The position numbers were made by a program, and so were the translations under genes. DNA of 64,000 bases, from NCBI GenBank assembly GCA_964016885.1, contig OZ024740.1:351044001-351108000 (forward strand), written 5' to 3'. Under the pieces are notes generated by a model that made no database searches, had not been told where the DNA came from, and worked only from the letters and a program-made list of their open reading frames with translations. The stretch comes from Eledone cirrhosa. Its lineage: Eukaryota. This document shows, piece by piece, positions 27,740 to 39,102 of the stretch; the stretch's first letter is position 1, and every line of letters starts with the position of its first letter.

Positions 27740-28990
27740 CAGGTGCAGGTAGCCGATGGCTTTGCATTTCAATAGGGAGGGTCGTGGACTCCGATGGACC
27801 TAGTTACTGGAATTGTCATTTTTATTTCGCTCCTCTCACCCTCGGTCTTCCCAATAAAGGCACCGATCGAGGTGACCTCTCGACAACGGCTTTAGTCAAG
27901 GCCAGCATTTGGACGTTGGGGCAGGTGCTCATCCCAAGTGCCTCCAACCACACTACCCTCCGCTCATTCACGCGTCCCCAGTTCTCCACTCTTATGCTAC
28001 CTCAAGGCATTTATGCAACTGTGTAAATACTGAGTTAACTGAGGGTGATGTCTCGCGCGCTATCAGAGTAATGGTCTTTGGCGTCATCGTGCTCTAAACT
28101 ACCGAGGAGGTCTTGGCTGTTCTTCGTCTCAAACATCCTGAGCCACCCACATACCTCCGACTATACCTCCAAATGCTATACCTAGCCACCGAGGCAGCAG
28201 GGAAGTGGATGACGGTCTCCGACCTGGTGACCTCATAAACTTGTTGTCTCCCCTCACTACCAAGGCTGGGGGTGATTGTAGCACTCATTAATAGATTCGT
28301 TCACGACGCTCTCGGCCCATATTCCAGAGGCTTCTTCTTTTCGACCAGCCTGACAGCTCTGCGAGATAAAATCGAGGCAAAGGCCCTATCGCTGTGGGCA
28401 ATATCTTTAGAAGGCTGGCTGCTAAAGCCATCTGCAGGTCCATCGCCACTGACCTGGGCGAGAAGTTAAGCTAAGCGCACCACTAGGCAGTTCCTCAACG
28501 ACTGCCCACCTGAGTCGGCACCGAGAGATTTCAAGCATCTCATCGTTAAGCTTGAGATGAGAAATGGCTTCAACTGTCTGTGCTGTGGCCACTTACTCGA
28601 GGCTTGCTTCAGCCAAGCCCCGTCCGCCTACACATTGGCCTGCCTGTCGTATGGTGCTCGAGTAGGCCTCTCATTTTGGATATGGTTATATCTTCTTCCA
28701 CCAGCGTTCATCAGGGCGATCCATTGAGGCACTTCCTCCTTGATCTCAGGGTAGACAACTGTGTTCGGAGAATTACGGCTCATTTCAACGTCTGGTAACT
28801 GAATAATGCAACCACAAGCAGGCCCGTGGAGACTGTTTACCAGGATTGCCTATCAGTGGTTCATACTCACGAGTGTCGGCCTGAAGATCTACTCCTCTAA
28901 GTCGGAAGTCTTGGACGTTCGATAAATACTCCGCCGAGAACAGGTGACCCCGAAGAGCGATGTTCTCCTCCTCAGTCCACGGATCCACCC
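27740..28990 (+). pseudogene. decayed CRE-clade non-LTR retrotransposon RT
   Basis: FFSTSLTAL, PIAVGNIFRRLAAK, KLEMRNGFN, VHQGDPL motifs across frameshifts. Confidence 0.7.
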
Positions 28991-29420
28991 ACCTGCCATC
29001 CGCTCGATGCGCATAGTGTCTGAGGCTAATGCAACGATGTCCAGATCATATTTACCAATTTCTTTGGCAATTAATGGTGTGCGACTTTCTGCTCTATCAG
29101 ACTTAATGTTTTCTAAGAGAGTACGTACATTCCAACAAACAAACTTCATACGCTAGGTTTCTTCTTTGGTTGATTGTTTGTATTTGTCACAGAAGCAGGA
29201 TGATGTCTGGGCCCAATCTGTGGCATCCTAGGGCAGCTGCCGGACAAGATCTGTTCACCAAAAGATCCCAAGCTCTTTCTGCCATATACTGACTCTGCGT
29301 GAGTCATTTTAATTAGAATTATGGATCCATTTTTAGGTTACTGCTAACCCCCTCGTTACGATCTTAAATAAAGAGGAAAGTGTACAAGAAGTACCTGTGT
29401 AAAATATTATTTATAAAGTG
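28990..29420 (-). pseudogene. 5' end of RTE LINE (APE endonuclease N-terminus)
   Basis: MKFVCWNVRTLL..RTPLIAKEIGKYDLDIVAL. Confidence 0.8.
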
Positions 29421-29929
29421 GGTGTAGCTTACATAGCACTACCTCCACATTTTTGGTGCATGAAGTTCCTATTCAGTGTGACAAAAAAAAATAGTATGGC
29501 AAAACTGAATACTTCATGAACCTCCGGTTAACATTGGAGTTCTCCTTCTCATGTATAGATAAAACAGATTAAAATGTTAAAAGGTAAAAAGATTAATATG
29601 TATTTTAAAATAAAAGATGAAAGATAAAAGATTAAAGATATACCCACATAAATATATATAAAAATATAAAAGTATGTAAATATGTACATGTTTGATTTGA
29701 TGGCCGTTAACTCTCCTGAGTTCCTCCGTCCTTTGATGGGCTTTGTTTTTCATCCCGCGGGATATCCAATTCACCCTCCTCACCAAACAATCTTCGTGGG
29801 GGCGCCGGTTTAGTCGCCGACGACCTGAACTAATAGCAGGTTGTACTGGATTACATGTTCCCAATAGCACACAAAAGCAACCTGGTACATACACATACAT
29901 ACACACATATATATATACATACATGCATA

Positions 29930-30341
29930 CATACATGCATACATACATACATACATACATACATACATACATACATACATGATAGCTGCCCCCTCGTTAT
30001 CGAGTATGGCCATTGCACAATATAACATTATTAATAATTATCAATTAAGCTATCGTGCAATGCCTGTGCGTGAAGATTATTTTTAAGTGAGGAAAGACTG
30101 TGCACTGAGCCAATCCCACTCTCTGAGCGACAGTAGCTATAACCCGAAAAGAAGAAAAGATCAACATCATCGGTAACTACTGAGCCGCAGGTTTTATGTC
30201 GGAGTTATCCCAGTTTCCTGAGTTACCTTCTCCTAGAAGAATGCCCTGACAAAAGCTAGGGACCCTTCAATCACAGTGTTTTAACCGCGCGATCCGATAT
30301 CCAGCCCGACTATTTCTATGGCCCCGTGCATATATACACAT

Positions 30342-30374
<33 letters not shown>

Positions 30375-30442
30375 TACATACATACATACATACATACATA
30401 CATACATACATACATACATACATACATACATACATACATACA

Positions 30443-30473
<31 letters not shown>

Positions 30474-30860
30474 CCAAGATGGCTGCATCACGATTTCGAG
30501 AATTGCCATTACTTGATCTTTTTCTCATACATGTGAGGAACGAACATGAATTTTTCGATCTGCCAAGAACTTCTTTCTGCATATACTGCAGTGACAGAAA
30601 GGAATAGAAGAAAAAGAATTTACAAGCTACTGTCAGCCGCGCTCATGTAACGCTCGTGAAAGTCTTTTAGATTAAGTGATGGCAGTGCTTGAAGCTTTTT
30701 TAAGTAAAAGAAGGCTTTGCACTGGACCAATCCCACCTGAACAACCATGACAGATAACCAAATGAACAGGTCAACATAATTGCCTGCAGGCTTTACATCA
30801 GAGTTTTCTTTTTCCTTGTATGATTTCTTAACAATGGCTAGAGGTATCTCACTCCCGGTG
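29930..30860 (-). mobile_element. two short RTE-tailed elements with (TGTA)n tails
   Basis: Minus 3' ends ATGGCCATACTCGATAACGAG..GCAGC and ATGGCAATTCTCGAAATCGTG..GCAGCC running into (TGTA)n; related copy ~58900-59180. Confidence 0.6.
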
Positions 30861-31190
30861 GGCTAATCGTGCTTTCGGGCACCAAACCGAGTATTTCCAT
30901 GTCCCCGCTCATGTATACACATATCTAAATACACACACTCACTGACACACAAAGGAAGACCTACAAACCGACAAAAAAACACTGGAAGATACACACACGT
31001 ACAAACATTCGGTGTTATAGATATAGAGATATTGAATATAGAGAGAGTGACCACAAAAGTAAAACAAGATCCCGACTTTTGTTTTCTTAACCGTTTGACA
31101 TCTCTGAAGATTGAACTAAGAACAATGAGGCATTGAACTATAGTTAAGCATCAACTCTGGCGATCTACTGCGTTAATGATATGTCGAACG

Positions 31191-31310
<120 letters not shown>

Positions 31311-31669
31311 CACGCACATAAACATAAAAATCGGATATATATATATAGGCAGCTACATAGAAACACATACGATTTAATACAAATTGATACACATTCACAC
31401 ATATACACACGCATGAACGCATACATAGTTCCACACATACAGAGAATGATACACATAGTTATGAACATATAGATATATATATATGTGTGTAAAAAAATAC
31501 TGTAAAAACAAGTTTTGTTTTTTTAACCCTTCAGAATCAACAGAGTTTGAACTCAGAACAGTGCAGCATTAATCTAGATATAGTTAAACATTTACTCTAG
31601 CGGACAAATATGTTAACGTATGATTGAAGGCAAAACACACACTAGAGGACACGTATACATAGATACATT

Positions 31670-31723
<54 letters not shown>

Positions 31724-31792
31724 TACGCATATACAAGAATACACACAGACACATACATACATAAACGCTCATAGTTCTCGCTCACTCTTTCA

Positions 31793-31837
<45 letters not shown>

Positions 31838-31839
<2 letters not shown>

Positions 31840-32036
31840 ATTTCTAGTATAGGCACAAGGCCAGTAATTTGGAGGGAAGTCGATTAAATCGACTCCAGTG
31901 TATTACTGGTGCTTAATTTTATCGACCCCGTAAGGATGAACCACGGAGGGATTTGAACTCAGACCGTCAAGGACCGTAACTCTATGCTGCAAAGCATGGT
32001 GTTCGACTCTCTACCGACACTGCCAATCCACCGCCC
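31838..32036 (-). mobile_element. SINE family A variant
   Basis: Body match; another degenerate copy ~32290-32415. Confidence 0.8.
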
Positions 32037-32046
32037 TTCTCACTCA

Positions 32047-32078
<32 letters not shown>

Positions 32079-32525
32079 GCTATGTTATGAAATGGACCCG
32101 GAACTCCTGAGGAGTCGTAAGGGCACCATATTGACATACGGCGTTTCTGGGGCATTTTTAAAACCTGGCAGAGCCCATCTCATCTCCAGGCCTGAATACA
32201 GTAGATTTCTTCCTGAGAAGGATGGAGAGAGAGTGATAGAAAGGGAATGAGGAAGAGATATAGAAGAAGGATCGACTACAGTCAGGTTCTTTTTTATCGA
32301 CCATGAATGGATTAAAGGCAAATTTGACCTCGGCAGGATTTGAACTCAGAGACCAGAGAGCTGAAATGAATACTACAAAGCATTCTATCCGTCGTTCTAA
32401 CGACTCTGCCAATTCCCCCCCCCCTCTATCTCCCCCCCCCCCCCCTCACTCTCCCCCCCCCCCCCTCTCACTCTCTCTCCCGAGACTTCAGTCGGCACTT
32501 TTGTCAATTATTTCCTCATATTTTG

Positions 32526-32588
<63 letters not shown>

Positions 32589-32596
<8 letters not shown>

Positions 32597-33045
32597 CGTA
32601 AAATAAGAAAATTATAAAATTAACTTACTTACTAAAATTTCACTCCCAACTAATTAGTTTCTGAAAGGGAATAAACATACTTTCCGAAGAAGCGTACAGA
32701 GAAGCCTTTCTCGATGTCACGTGATTGATTCTTTTGAATTTGCTACCGACGCAGTAGGCAGTGATTTTCTCAATGCTTTTTTCCATCCACTGAATTATTT
32801 TTGTATAAGTTCCCTGTGTCCACGTATTGCCTGGAAAATTAGCTGAGAATAGACTTCCCAGATGACGAAAGGCTTCTCTGTACGCTTCTTCGGAAAGTAT
32901 GTTTATTCCCTTTCAGAAACTAATTAGTTGGGAGTGAAATTTTAGTAAGTAAGTTAATTTTATAATTTTCTTATTTTACGTCTCTCATGTTATTGTTCTG
33001 CAACCCCATGCATTGAACCACAAAGTTACTAAGACAAAACCTATA
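32589..33045 (+). mobile_element. inverted-repeat hammerhead element with tail
   Basis: 122-bp arms 32589-32710/32867-32988, tail to ~33045; arm-end fragment also at ~51671-51716. Confidence 0.8.
32854..32934 (+). ncRNA. type I hammerhead, U4A core variant
   Basis: CTTCC-CAGATGA-C-GAAAGG..CCTTTC-A-GAAAC-TAATTA-GTT-GGGAG. Confidence 0.6.
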
Positions 33046-33101
33046 TATTTGCTAGCATAAGTATGCATCTGTGTATATATATGTTACTAGATATACTAAT
33101 C

Positions 33102-33154
<53 letters not shown>

Positions 33155-33158
<4 letters not shown>

Positions 33159-34920
33159 TTAGTTAAGCAAAACAAGACCACACACATTTCACAAGGAAGA
33201 CATTATTAAAAGAGTGTCAACATATTTTAGTTTGATGTAAGGAATGTAGAGAATAATAATAATAATATTAATAATAATTGTTTCTACTTTTGGCACAAGG
33301 CCAGCAATTATCCAGTACATTACTGGTACTTTATTTTATCGACCCCGTAAGGATGAAAGGCAGAGTTAACCTTGGATCCTTAATATTAATAATAATAATG
33401 TCCGTTTAAAATTGTTTCGCTACTCCATATAATATTTCTGGATCAGATGACTATATATCATAATTGATCTGGTTCAGTTGAAAATAATTAACATATTTAA
33501 AAAACAGAGCGGCTCATCGGAACTTCAAAAGAATATAAATTAAAATAATTGTTTCTACTTTAGGCACAAGGCCAGCAAATTACCCAGTACATTACTGGTA
33601 CTTTATTTTATCGACCCCGTAAAGATGTAAGGCAAAGTCAACCTCGGCGGGATTTGAACTCAGATCGTAGAGGGACGTAACTATGCTGGAAAGGATGGCG
33701 TCCGATCCTCTACCGATACTGCCAATTCACCGCCCTTAATATAAATTAGAATAATGAGAGAATGTTACATAATATAATGTTCCATATATTGGTTTTTCAC
33801 TATGGTGTCTTGGTTGCATCAGTTGTCAGCCATAATCGAGCAGTACTCATCTGTCGAGGCTGCATTGTGTGAGATCTGCCTATGGGTAATATGATGGCTG
33901 CCAAAGGACATATTTACCTTACTAATTAGAGGGTGGTTTCAGGGGAAGTAACTCCTCGAGAGATTAGAAATTGTGGGTAGTTTATAGTTAAGTGCTAATT
34001 TTTAAATTGTTTTAATTGAGAGATAATGTAGGGGAGGTAACTTATAATTATCTAAGTTAGTCATAGCTATTTAACTTATTAGCTATAAGTAAAAATGGGG
34101 CTAGATGACTAAGTTGGGTCAAATATTCTATTGGCGAAGCAATTAGCCCTTCGATGTTGACAGCTAATAGTTACCTCCGTTCTATCGTTAATCGGTAGAG
34201 GTCGTGATAGAGTTATGTAATATGCTTCTGTAATACAGGGATCACAAGATTTTCTTCGTCCATTGAACGGTTGGGCCCTAGCCACGATATCCCATTTTAG
34301 TGAGTGTTGAACGTTGCTTAATTTAAGGTTTTCAATGAGCCTAGCTAGCGATGTCGAACATCTGTTGCTATGGTCTCGGAAGGAAAAAGAGTGCGTGTTA
34401 TAGCGTACATTAAAAGGGTTAGAGGTAGACCCGATATAAGAGCTGGTATTCGAAGCAGTTTTAACCGTGCACCTATAGACTATGTTGGGTGTCAGGCAGT
34501 GTCCATTTAATGGGCATGCATTAGGGTAACGGCAGTTGCAGTTGCTTCTGCGGTTAGTGAGAGTAGGGTAGTTTAACCTAATCGGTAGGTCAGTGCTAGA
34601 AGGATTAGATGGGGGAGGTGTGCTACTAGAGTAATTATTGGTGTAGTGGCCTGGTGTATTTGATAGGGGTGGTGGTACCGCGGTGTGGGAGTTATACTGT
34701 CTTAGTTTATGATGGTTACTGAATGCGATGTGGCTAGCTAGGTTAGGTGTTGTGGAAAATGAGATTTTAATGTTATTTTTATTAAAGAGTTTGGGGGGTA
34801 AATGTTTAGATAGGATAGAGAAGAAGCGTTTAGGGATATTAGTGGCTAGATTAGATGAGAATGAGGGTTTAAGCCAGGTGATATTTCTAGGTCTATTCCT
34901 TCTAGGAGTTCTAGTCTAGT
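33155..34920 (-). mobile_element. Penelope-like element family P4 (5'-truncated), with nested SINEs at ~33273-33375 and 33545-33735
   Basis: Open GIY-YIG frame 34915-34109, long 3' UTR shared with 49320-50072 and 38950-39085, hammerhead 33404-33523. Confidence 0.88.
34109..34915 (-). CDS. PLE C-terminal linker + GIY-YIG endonuclease (no start codon; absent from ORF track)
   Basis: Hand translation, 268 aa with no stop: RNITWLKPSFS..LFNKNNIKISFSTTPNL..CNCRYPNACPLNGHCL..IVYRC..YIGST..RYNTH..WDI..CDPCITE..CQH. Confidence 0.85.
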   Translation of the reverse strand, partial: TRTPRRNRPRNITWLKPSFSSNLATNIPKRFFSILSKHLPPKLFNKNNIKISFSTTPNLASHIAFSNHHKLRQYNSHTAVPPPLSNTPGHYTNNYSSSTPPPSNPSSTDLPIRLNYPTLTNRRSNCNCRYPNACPLNGHCLTPNIVYRCTVKTASNTSSYIGSTSNPFNVRYNTHSFSFRDHSNRCSTSLARLIENLKLSNVQHSLKWDIVARAQPFNGRRKSCDPCITEAYYITLSRPLPINDRTEVTISCQHRRANCFANRIFDPT

Positions 34921-35011
34921 CTAATGGCCCTTAATATGCTTTATATTTTAGCTATCTATAGAAGAAATAACGCTCGAATGATTGACACTTATATTATTGT
35001 AAATTTTTTTA

Positions 35012-35140
35012 TTTCTTGTCCAATTCTTTAAAGTTTTATCTTAGTTTCTTGTCCTATTCTTTTAAAGTTTTATCTTAGTTTCTTGTCCTATTCTTTTAAA
35101 GTTTTATTTTAGTTTCTTGTCCTGTATTTTTAAAGGTTTA
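35012..35140. repeat. 34-bp tandem repeat, ~4 copies
   Basis: TTTCTTGTCCTATTCTTTTAAAGTTTTATCTTAG. Confidence 0.92.
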
Positions 35141-35462
35141 TATTCCAACAATATTACTTTTTTTGCTGTACGCATTTTTCTATCTGGTCTACTATTTTTT
35201 AAAGCAATGCAAGCAACAACTATCTAATAATTAAATGATCATAGTGAATTACTGACAAGTGATTGACATTTTAAAGTTCTTTTGAGTATAATTGCAATCT
35301 AGTTGAGGCAACTGGCTTAATGACAAAGCTAGTAAATCATGAATGCATTTGAGATGATTAGTGCATAATAGTGAATTTGGTGAAACTTGTGCATTTCAAT
35401 GGTGTTACAACAATAGATGTAAGTTATATAGTAGTAATACTTTATCATTTTAACTTTTTAGA

Positions 35463-35825
35463 ATGGACAAAAACCCATGCAAAGAAATGACTTTGACTGC
35501 AGTGATTCTCTCCAATTTACTTACAAAGCAAAACGTGGTCAAATACCTTATCATCTCTGATAAAATGCCCATTGAATCACTGAAAATCGGATGCATGGAA
35601 TTCCTCATAAAATACACCTATGAATCGGAAGCCATCACATATATCAATGGATATAGGGAGTTGTTCACACTGGAAGACCATCACTTCATTTGTGACTTCA
35701 TCAGTTATCTCCACGATTATCTCAGACACCCAATGCCATTGATGAGAGGTGATCCAATGTGTGAGCATGTAACTAATCTTATAAAGTTGTTATCGACCAC
35801 CTGGCTTTTAGTGACATTTGACTGA
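35463..35825 (+). CDS. 120-aa protein with BACK (BTB-associated) domain-like helices
   Basis: LTKQNVVKYLIISDKMPIESLKIGCMEFL matches the pattern L..eN....L..AD......LK..c..FI of BACK/SPOP C-terminal regions; AATAAA at ~35907. Confidence 0.55.
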   Translation: MDKNPCKEMTLTAVILSNLLTKQNVVKYLIISDKMPIESLKIGCMEFLIKYTYESEAITYINGYRELFTLEDHHFICDFISYLHDYLRHPMPLMRGDPMCEHVTNLIKLLSTTWLLVTFD

Positions 35826-36001
35826 TTTGACTGATAATGATGTATTTTTAAAAAGTATGTGTACATTCTTGTTACTATTTTAAGGCAATGCAAGCAACAA
35901 CTATTTAATAAAATTTAAATTTAAAAATGACCATTGTGCATTACTGGAATGATGACATTTTTTTAAGTCACAAAATTAGTCAGTCAGCCATAGAACAAGG
36001 A

Positions 36002-36755
36002 TCAGGTGGCAAAAACATTGGCAAAAATGTGTGTCAATTTAAGATTTTCAACATTGTTCAAATGAATTATATCTGGTTTGAAGTCAGATTTGTCAAATTT
36101 TGACCAATTTTCAATGTTGTGAAGATTGGGCAAGTTCAATTTTTGAATCATTTCTTTCATGCAGTAATTAAACTTTTTCAAACGAGAATTTCTCTTGCCC
36201 AAGTCATTTTTATTTTCAATTACACTTTGTGGACGTGGAATGTCACCACTGTAGAAAATGGGTGTACAGTGGTGCTTTTCCGCTATTTTCTGTAGCCTTG
36301 CAAAGAGACTCTTCCCCTGTTTTTCCGGTTTTGTGCCTCGAATGGGCACTTTGTCCTTAATTTACAAATAAATGATTAATAAAAAATACTTGGGCAAAAA
36401 TTATTGTATTACTTTGCACAGCTTTGTAGTGCCAACGGTGCGACGAGGATTCAGATCATTAGAGCCGACATGAACCACCAATACTTTCACAAAAGGACAA
36501 CAGATAACAATGTTGGCGATTAACATTACCTGGCCCTGACAGGCCCCAGGTATACAAAATATCTAAGTATTTTTGTGGGTATGATAAGTAAATACACTTG
36601 AATTAATATTTTTATACCTTCTGGTCATTCGATTTCGCCACATTTCTAATTATTGATTTGTAAAAACTGGCATGAATGTGAATTTGATCAGTCCAATTGC
36701 CCGATTTTAGTGAAAAGTTTTGATTCGAAATGGAAATACTCCATTTCCGTGCCAT
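36002..36755 (-). CDS. three-exon SGNH/GDSL hydrolase-like gene, 213 aa (exons 36755-36618, 36562-36413, 36355-36002)
   Basis: GT-AG introns of 55 and 57 nt, both phase 0; spliced frame open; blocks KSIIRNV, CIPGA, VVHVGSND, DIIHL. Confidence 0.8.
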
Positions 36756-36844
36756 GGAAAAAATAAATAAGCCGATCAAAAAGCCGCGAAACATCATTTT
36801 TAATTAAGCGAAATTAGTGGATGCAAATCTCAGAAAATATTGTA

Positions 36845-37200
36845 CACTATTCGCACCTATCGCACTATTCGCACCTATCGGTACAAAAATATAGCGCACT
36901 ATTCGCACCTATCGGTACAAAAAATCGCACGACTGTTAATAATACTAGAAGTGCAAACTATCTGTTGAATACCTGGTATATGAAGAGCAACCGATACGAT
37001 CGGTCGGTGATCGGTCTTGAAGAAGAATGAAGAATGAAGTGAAATTTTGGTCTGGTTGTTGTCATCGGTGTTTCGCAGAGATGCCGGCATGAACAAAGGT
37101 GTCAGTGACACAAAGTTGTCCGCTTGAACAAAGGTGTCGGTCCGACAAAGGTGTCAGTCAGACAGACAGTCAGACAGTGTCACAGTCGGTGCGACAAAGG
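36845..37200. repeat. short subterminal-type repeats
   Basis: CACTATTCGCACCTATCG x3 (36845, 36863, 36897); ACAAAGGTGTC x3 (~37093-37155). Confidence 0.85.
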
Positions 37201-37369
37201 GATCGATGCGATTAAAAAAAATTTAACTCACATGTTTACCTATATTTTCGCAAACTATTGATAGATTGGTACAAAAACTAGCTTTGATAATAAACATAAA
37301 TTTTTAACGAAGTATTTAAAAAGCATTTTAGCAGTGAAAAGTGAAGTAATGTTTCACACTGACGCAAGT

Positions 37370-37490
37370 AGGGCCGTTCAGAAATGACGTAGTCAATTAG
37401 GAGGAGGGGATTCGGCGATTTGACTACATTTGACTAACGTAATCACAATCACAAGAGTTCCGCCGAAAAAAATTCGTCATTTCTGGATTA
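37370..37490. mobile_element. small MITE-like remnant (Harbinger/Kolobok-like terminus)
   Basis: AGGGCCGTTCAGAAATGACGT ... CGTCATTTCTG. Confidence 0.45.
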
Positions 37491-37800
37491 CCTCCCCTAG
37501 CGTCACGCTTACTACTCACTCACTTGAACACAAGATTTATCAGCAAACTTTGATTATAAACTTTTTCCCGCTGGACCAAATTTCTAGATTTTTAAGCCAA
37601 AAGATGCGTAATGATCTACTGTTCATGCTCATATAAGTTTTATCTCAGTTAAATAAAGTAGAGCCGCGCTGTACTTTCGTAAACAGACGATTGCCAACGA
37701 AAACACGACCACAACAATATTACTAAACGGACTACCGTCCGTTTAGGATATATTATGTTATATTTATAATGTTGAGAAGTGATACACGTGTTGATATATA

Positions 37801-38018
37801 TTAGGAAAAAAGCAAAAAGTTAGGAAATGCTAATAGGATTTTTACATAAAATAACAGTAATTTTTAGTACCGGTTTCAGCCTTTAAATATTTCGGCTTCT
37901 TGATGCTACAGGAAATATGATAAGAAGTATATAATCAAATTAAGATGTATATTAATTAGAAGAGGATATTAGGGATCATTGTTTACATATATATAAAAAT
38001 TCACCTTTTGTGAACCTT

Positions 38019-38064
<46 letters not shown>

Positions 38065-38108
38065 TCTCTCTCTCTCTCACTCTCTCTCTCTCTCTCTCTA
38101 TCTATCTC

Positions 38109-38145
<37 letters not shown>

Positions 38146-38425
38146 ATTGATGGTTTGGTGGTAGTAGCAGCTAAAATAGAAGTTGGCTTCTCTCCTGTTA
38201 CTGTCTAACAGATAAACGAAAATGTGAATTTTCCATGTTCCCTAATATCCTCTTCTAATTAATATACATCTTAATTTTGCTATATATTTTTTATCATATT
38301 TCCTGCAACATGAATAAGTTCGAAATATTTACAATCTGAAACCGGTACTATAAATTACTTTAAAAAAAATAATTTGCTGTTATTCTATGTGAAAATCCTA
38401 TTAGCATTTTCTACTTTTTTTCATA
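37801..38425. mobile_element. older inverted-repeat element around (CT)n with degenerate hammerhead halves
   Basis: ~200-bp diverged arms ~37801-38010/~38218-38425; GAAACCGGTA in both arms. Confidence 0.7.
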
Positions 38426-38429
38426 CTTT

Positions 38430-38563
<134 letters not shown>

Positions 38564-38885
38564 GTTAAAGAATGAAGAGTAACATGGTTGGCTGTACAAT
38601 AAGAGCTTTATTTAAAGTACTGACAACTGTTTCGTTGATAAGGTGTGTCTAGATTTCGCTAATCGCTTGAGGTTACTCTTCTTTCTTTAACTTTTATTAC
38701 TCCAAGTATAACCTGCATAGAAATTACCGCGAACTCGCTGCCTAACTATGGAAACATCTTGTTGAGTCAAACAAAAGCCGTACGTTAAAACCATCCACGA
38801 CGTGGAGTACTTTAACCGGATTACCTCTAACTGGATTACCTATAACGATAACTTGTTATCCCATATATATATATATATATATATA

Positions 38886-39085
38886 CACAGTTCAAGAGTA
38901 ACCAATCTTAAAGAGAGAGATGGAGATAGGAGAGGAGAAGAGAGATTGATTACAATTGTAAACGGACATTATTAGTATTATTATTATTCTTTACATTCCT
39001 TACATTAAACTAAAACTATGTTGACAATCTTTTAATAATATCTTCCTTGTGAAATTTGTGGTCTTATTTTGCTTAGCTAATGAAT
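38886..39085. mobile_element. short inverted P4 copy (tail fragment + arm)
   Basis: 38886-38948 matches 49097-49168; 38950-39085 matches 49931-50072. Confidence 0.8.
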
Positions 39086-39102
39086 ATATATATATATATA
39101 TA

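Noticed and set aside
35012-37160. Short repeat arrays as CRISPR
   Set aside because: No unique regular spacers, no cas genes, eukaryotic context
34923-37390. AATGGCCCTTAA (34923) and TAGGGCCGTT (37369) as TIRs of the SGNH cassette
   Set aside because: The Harbinger-like ends face outward, and the right one pairs locally with ~37475
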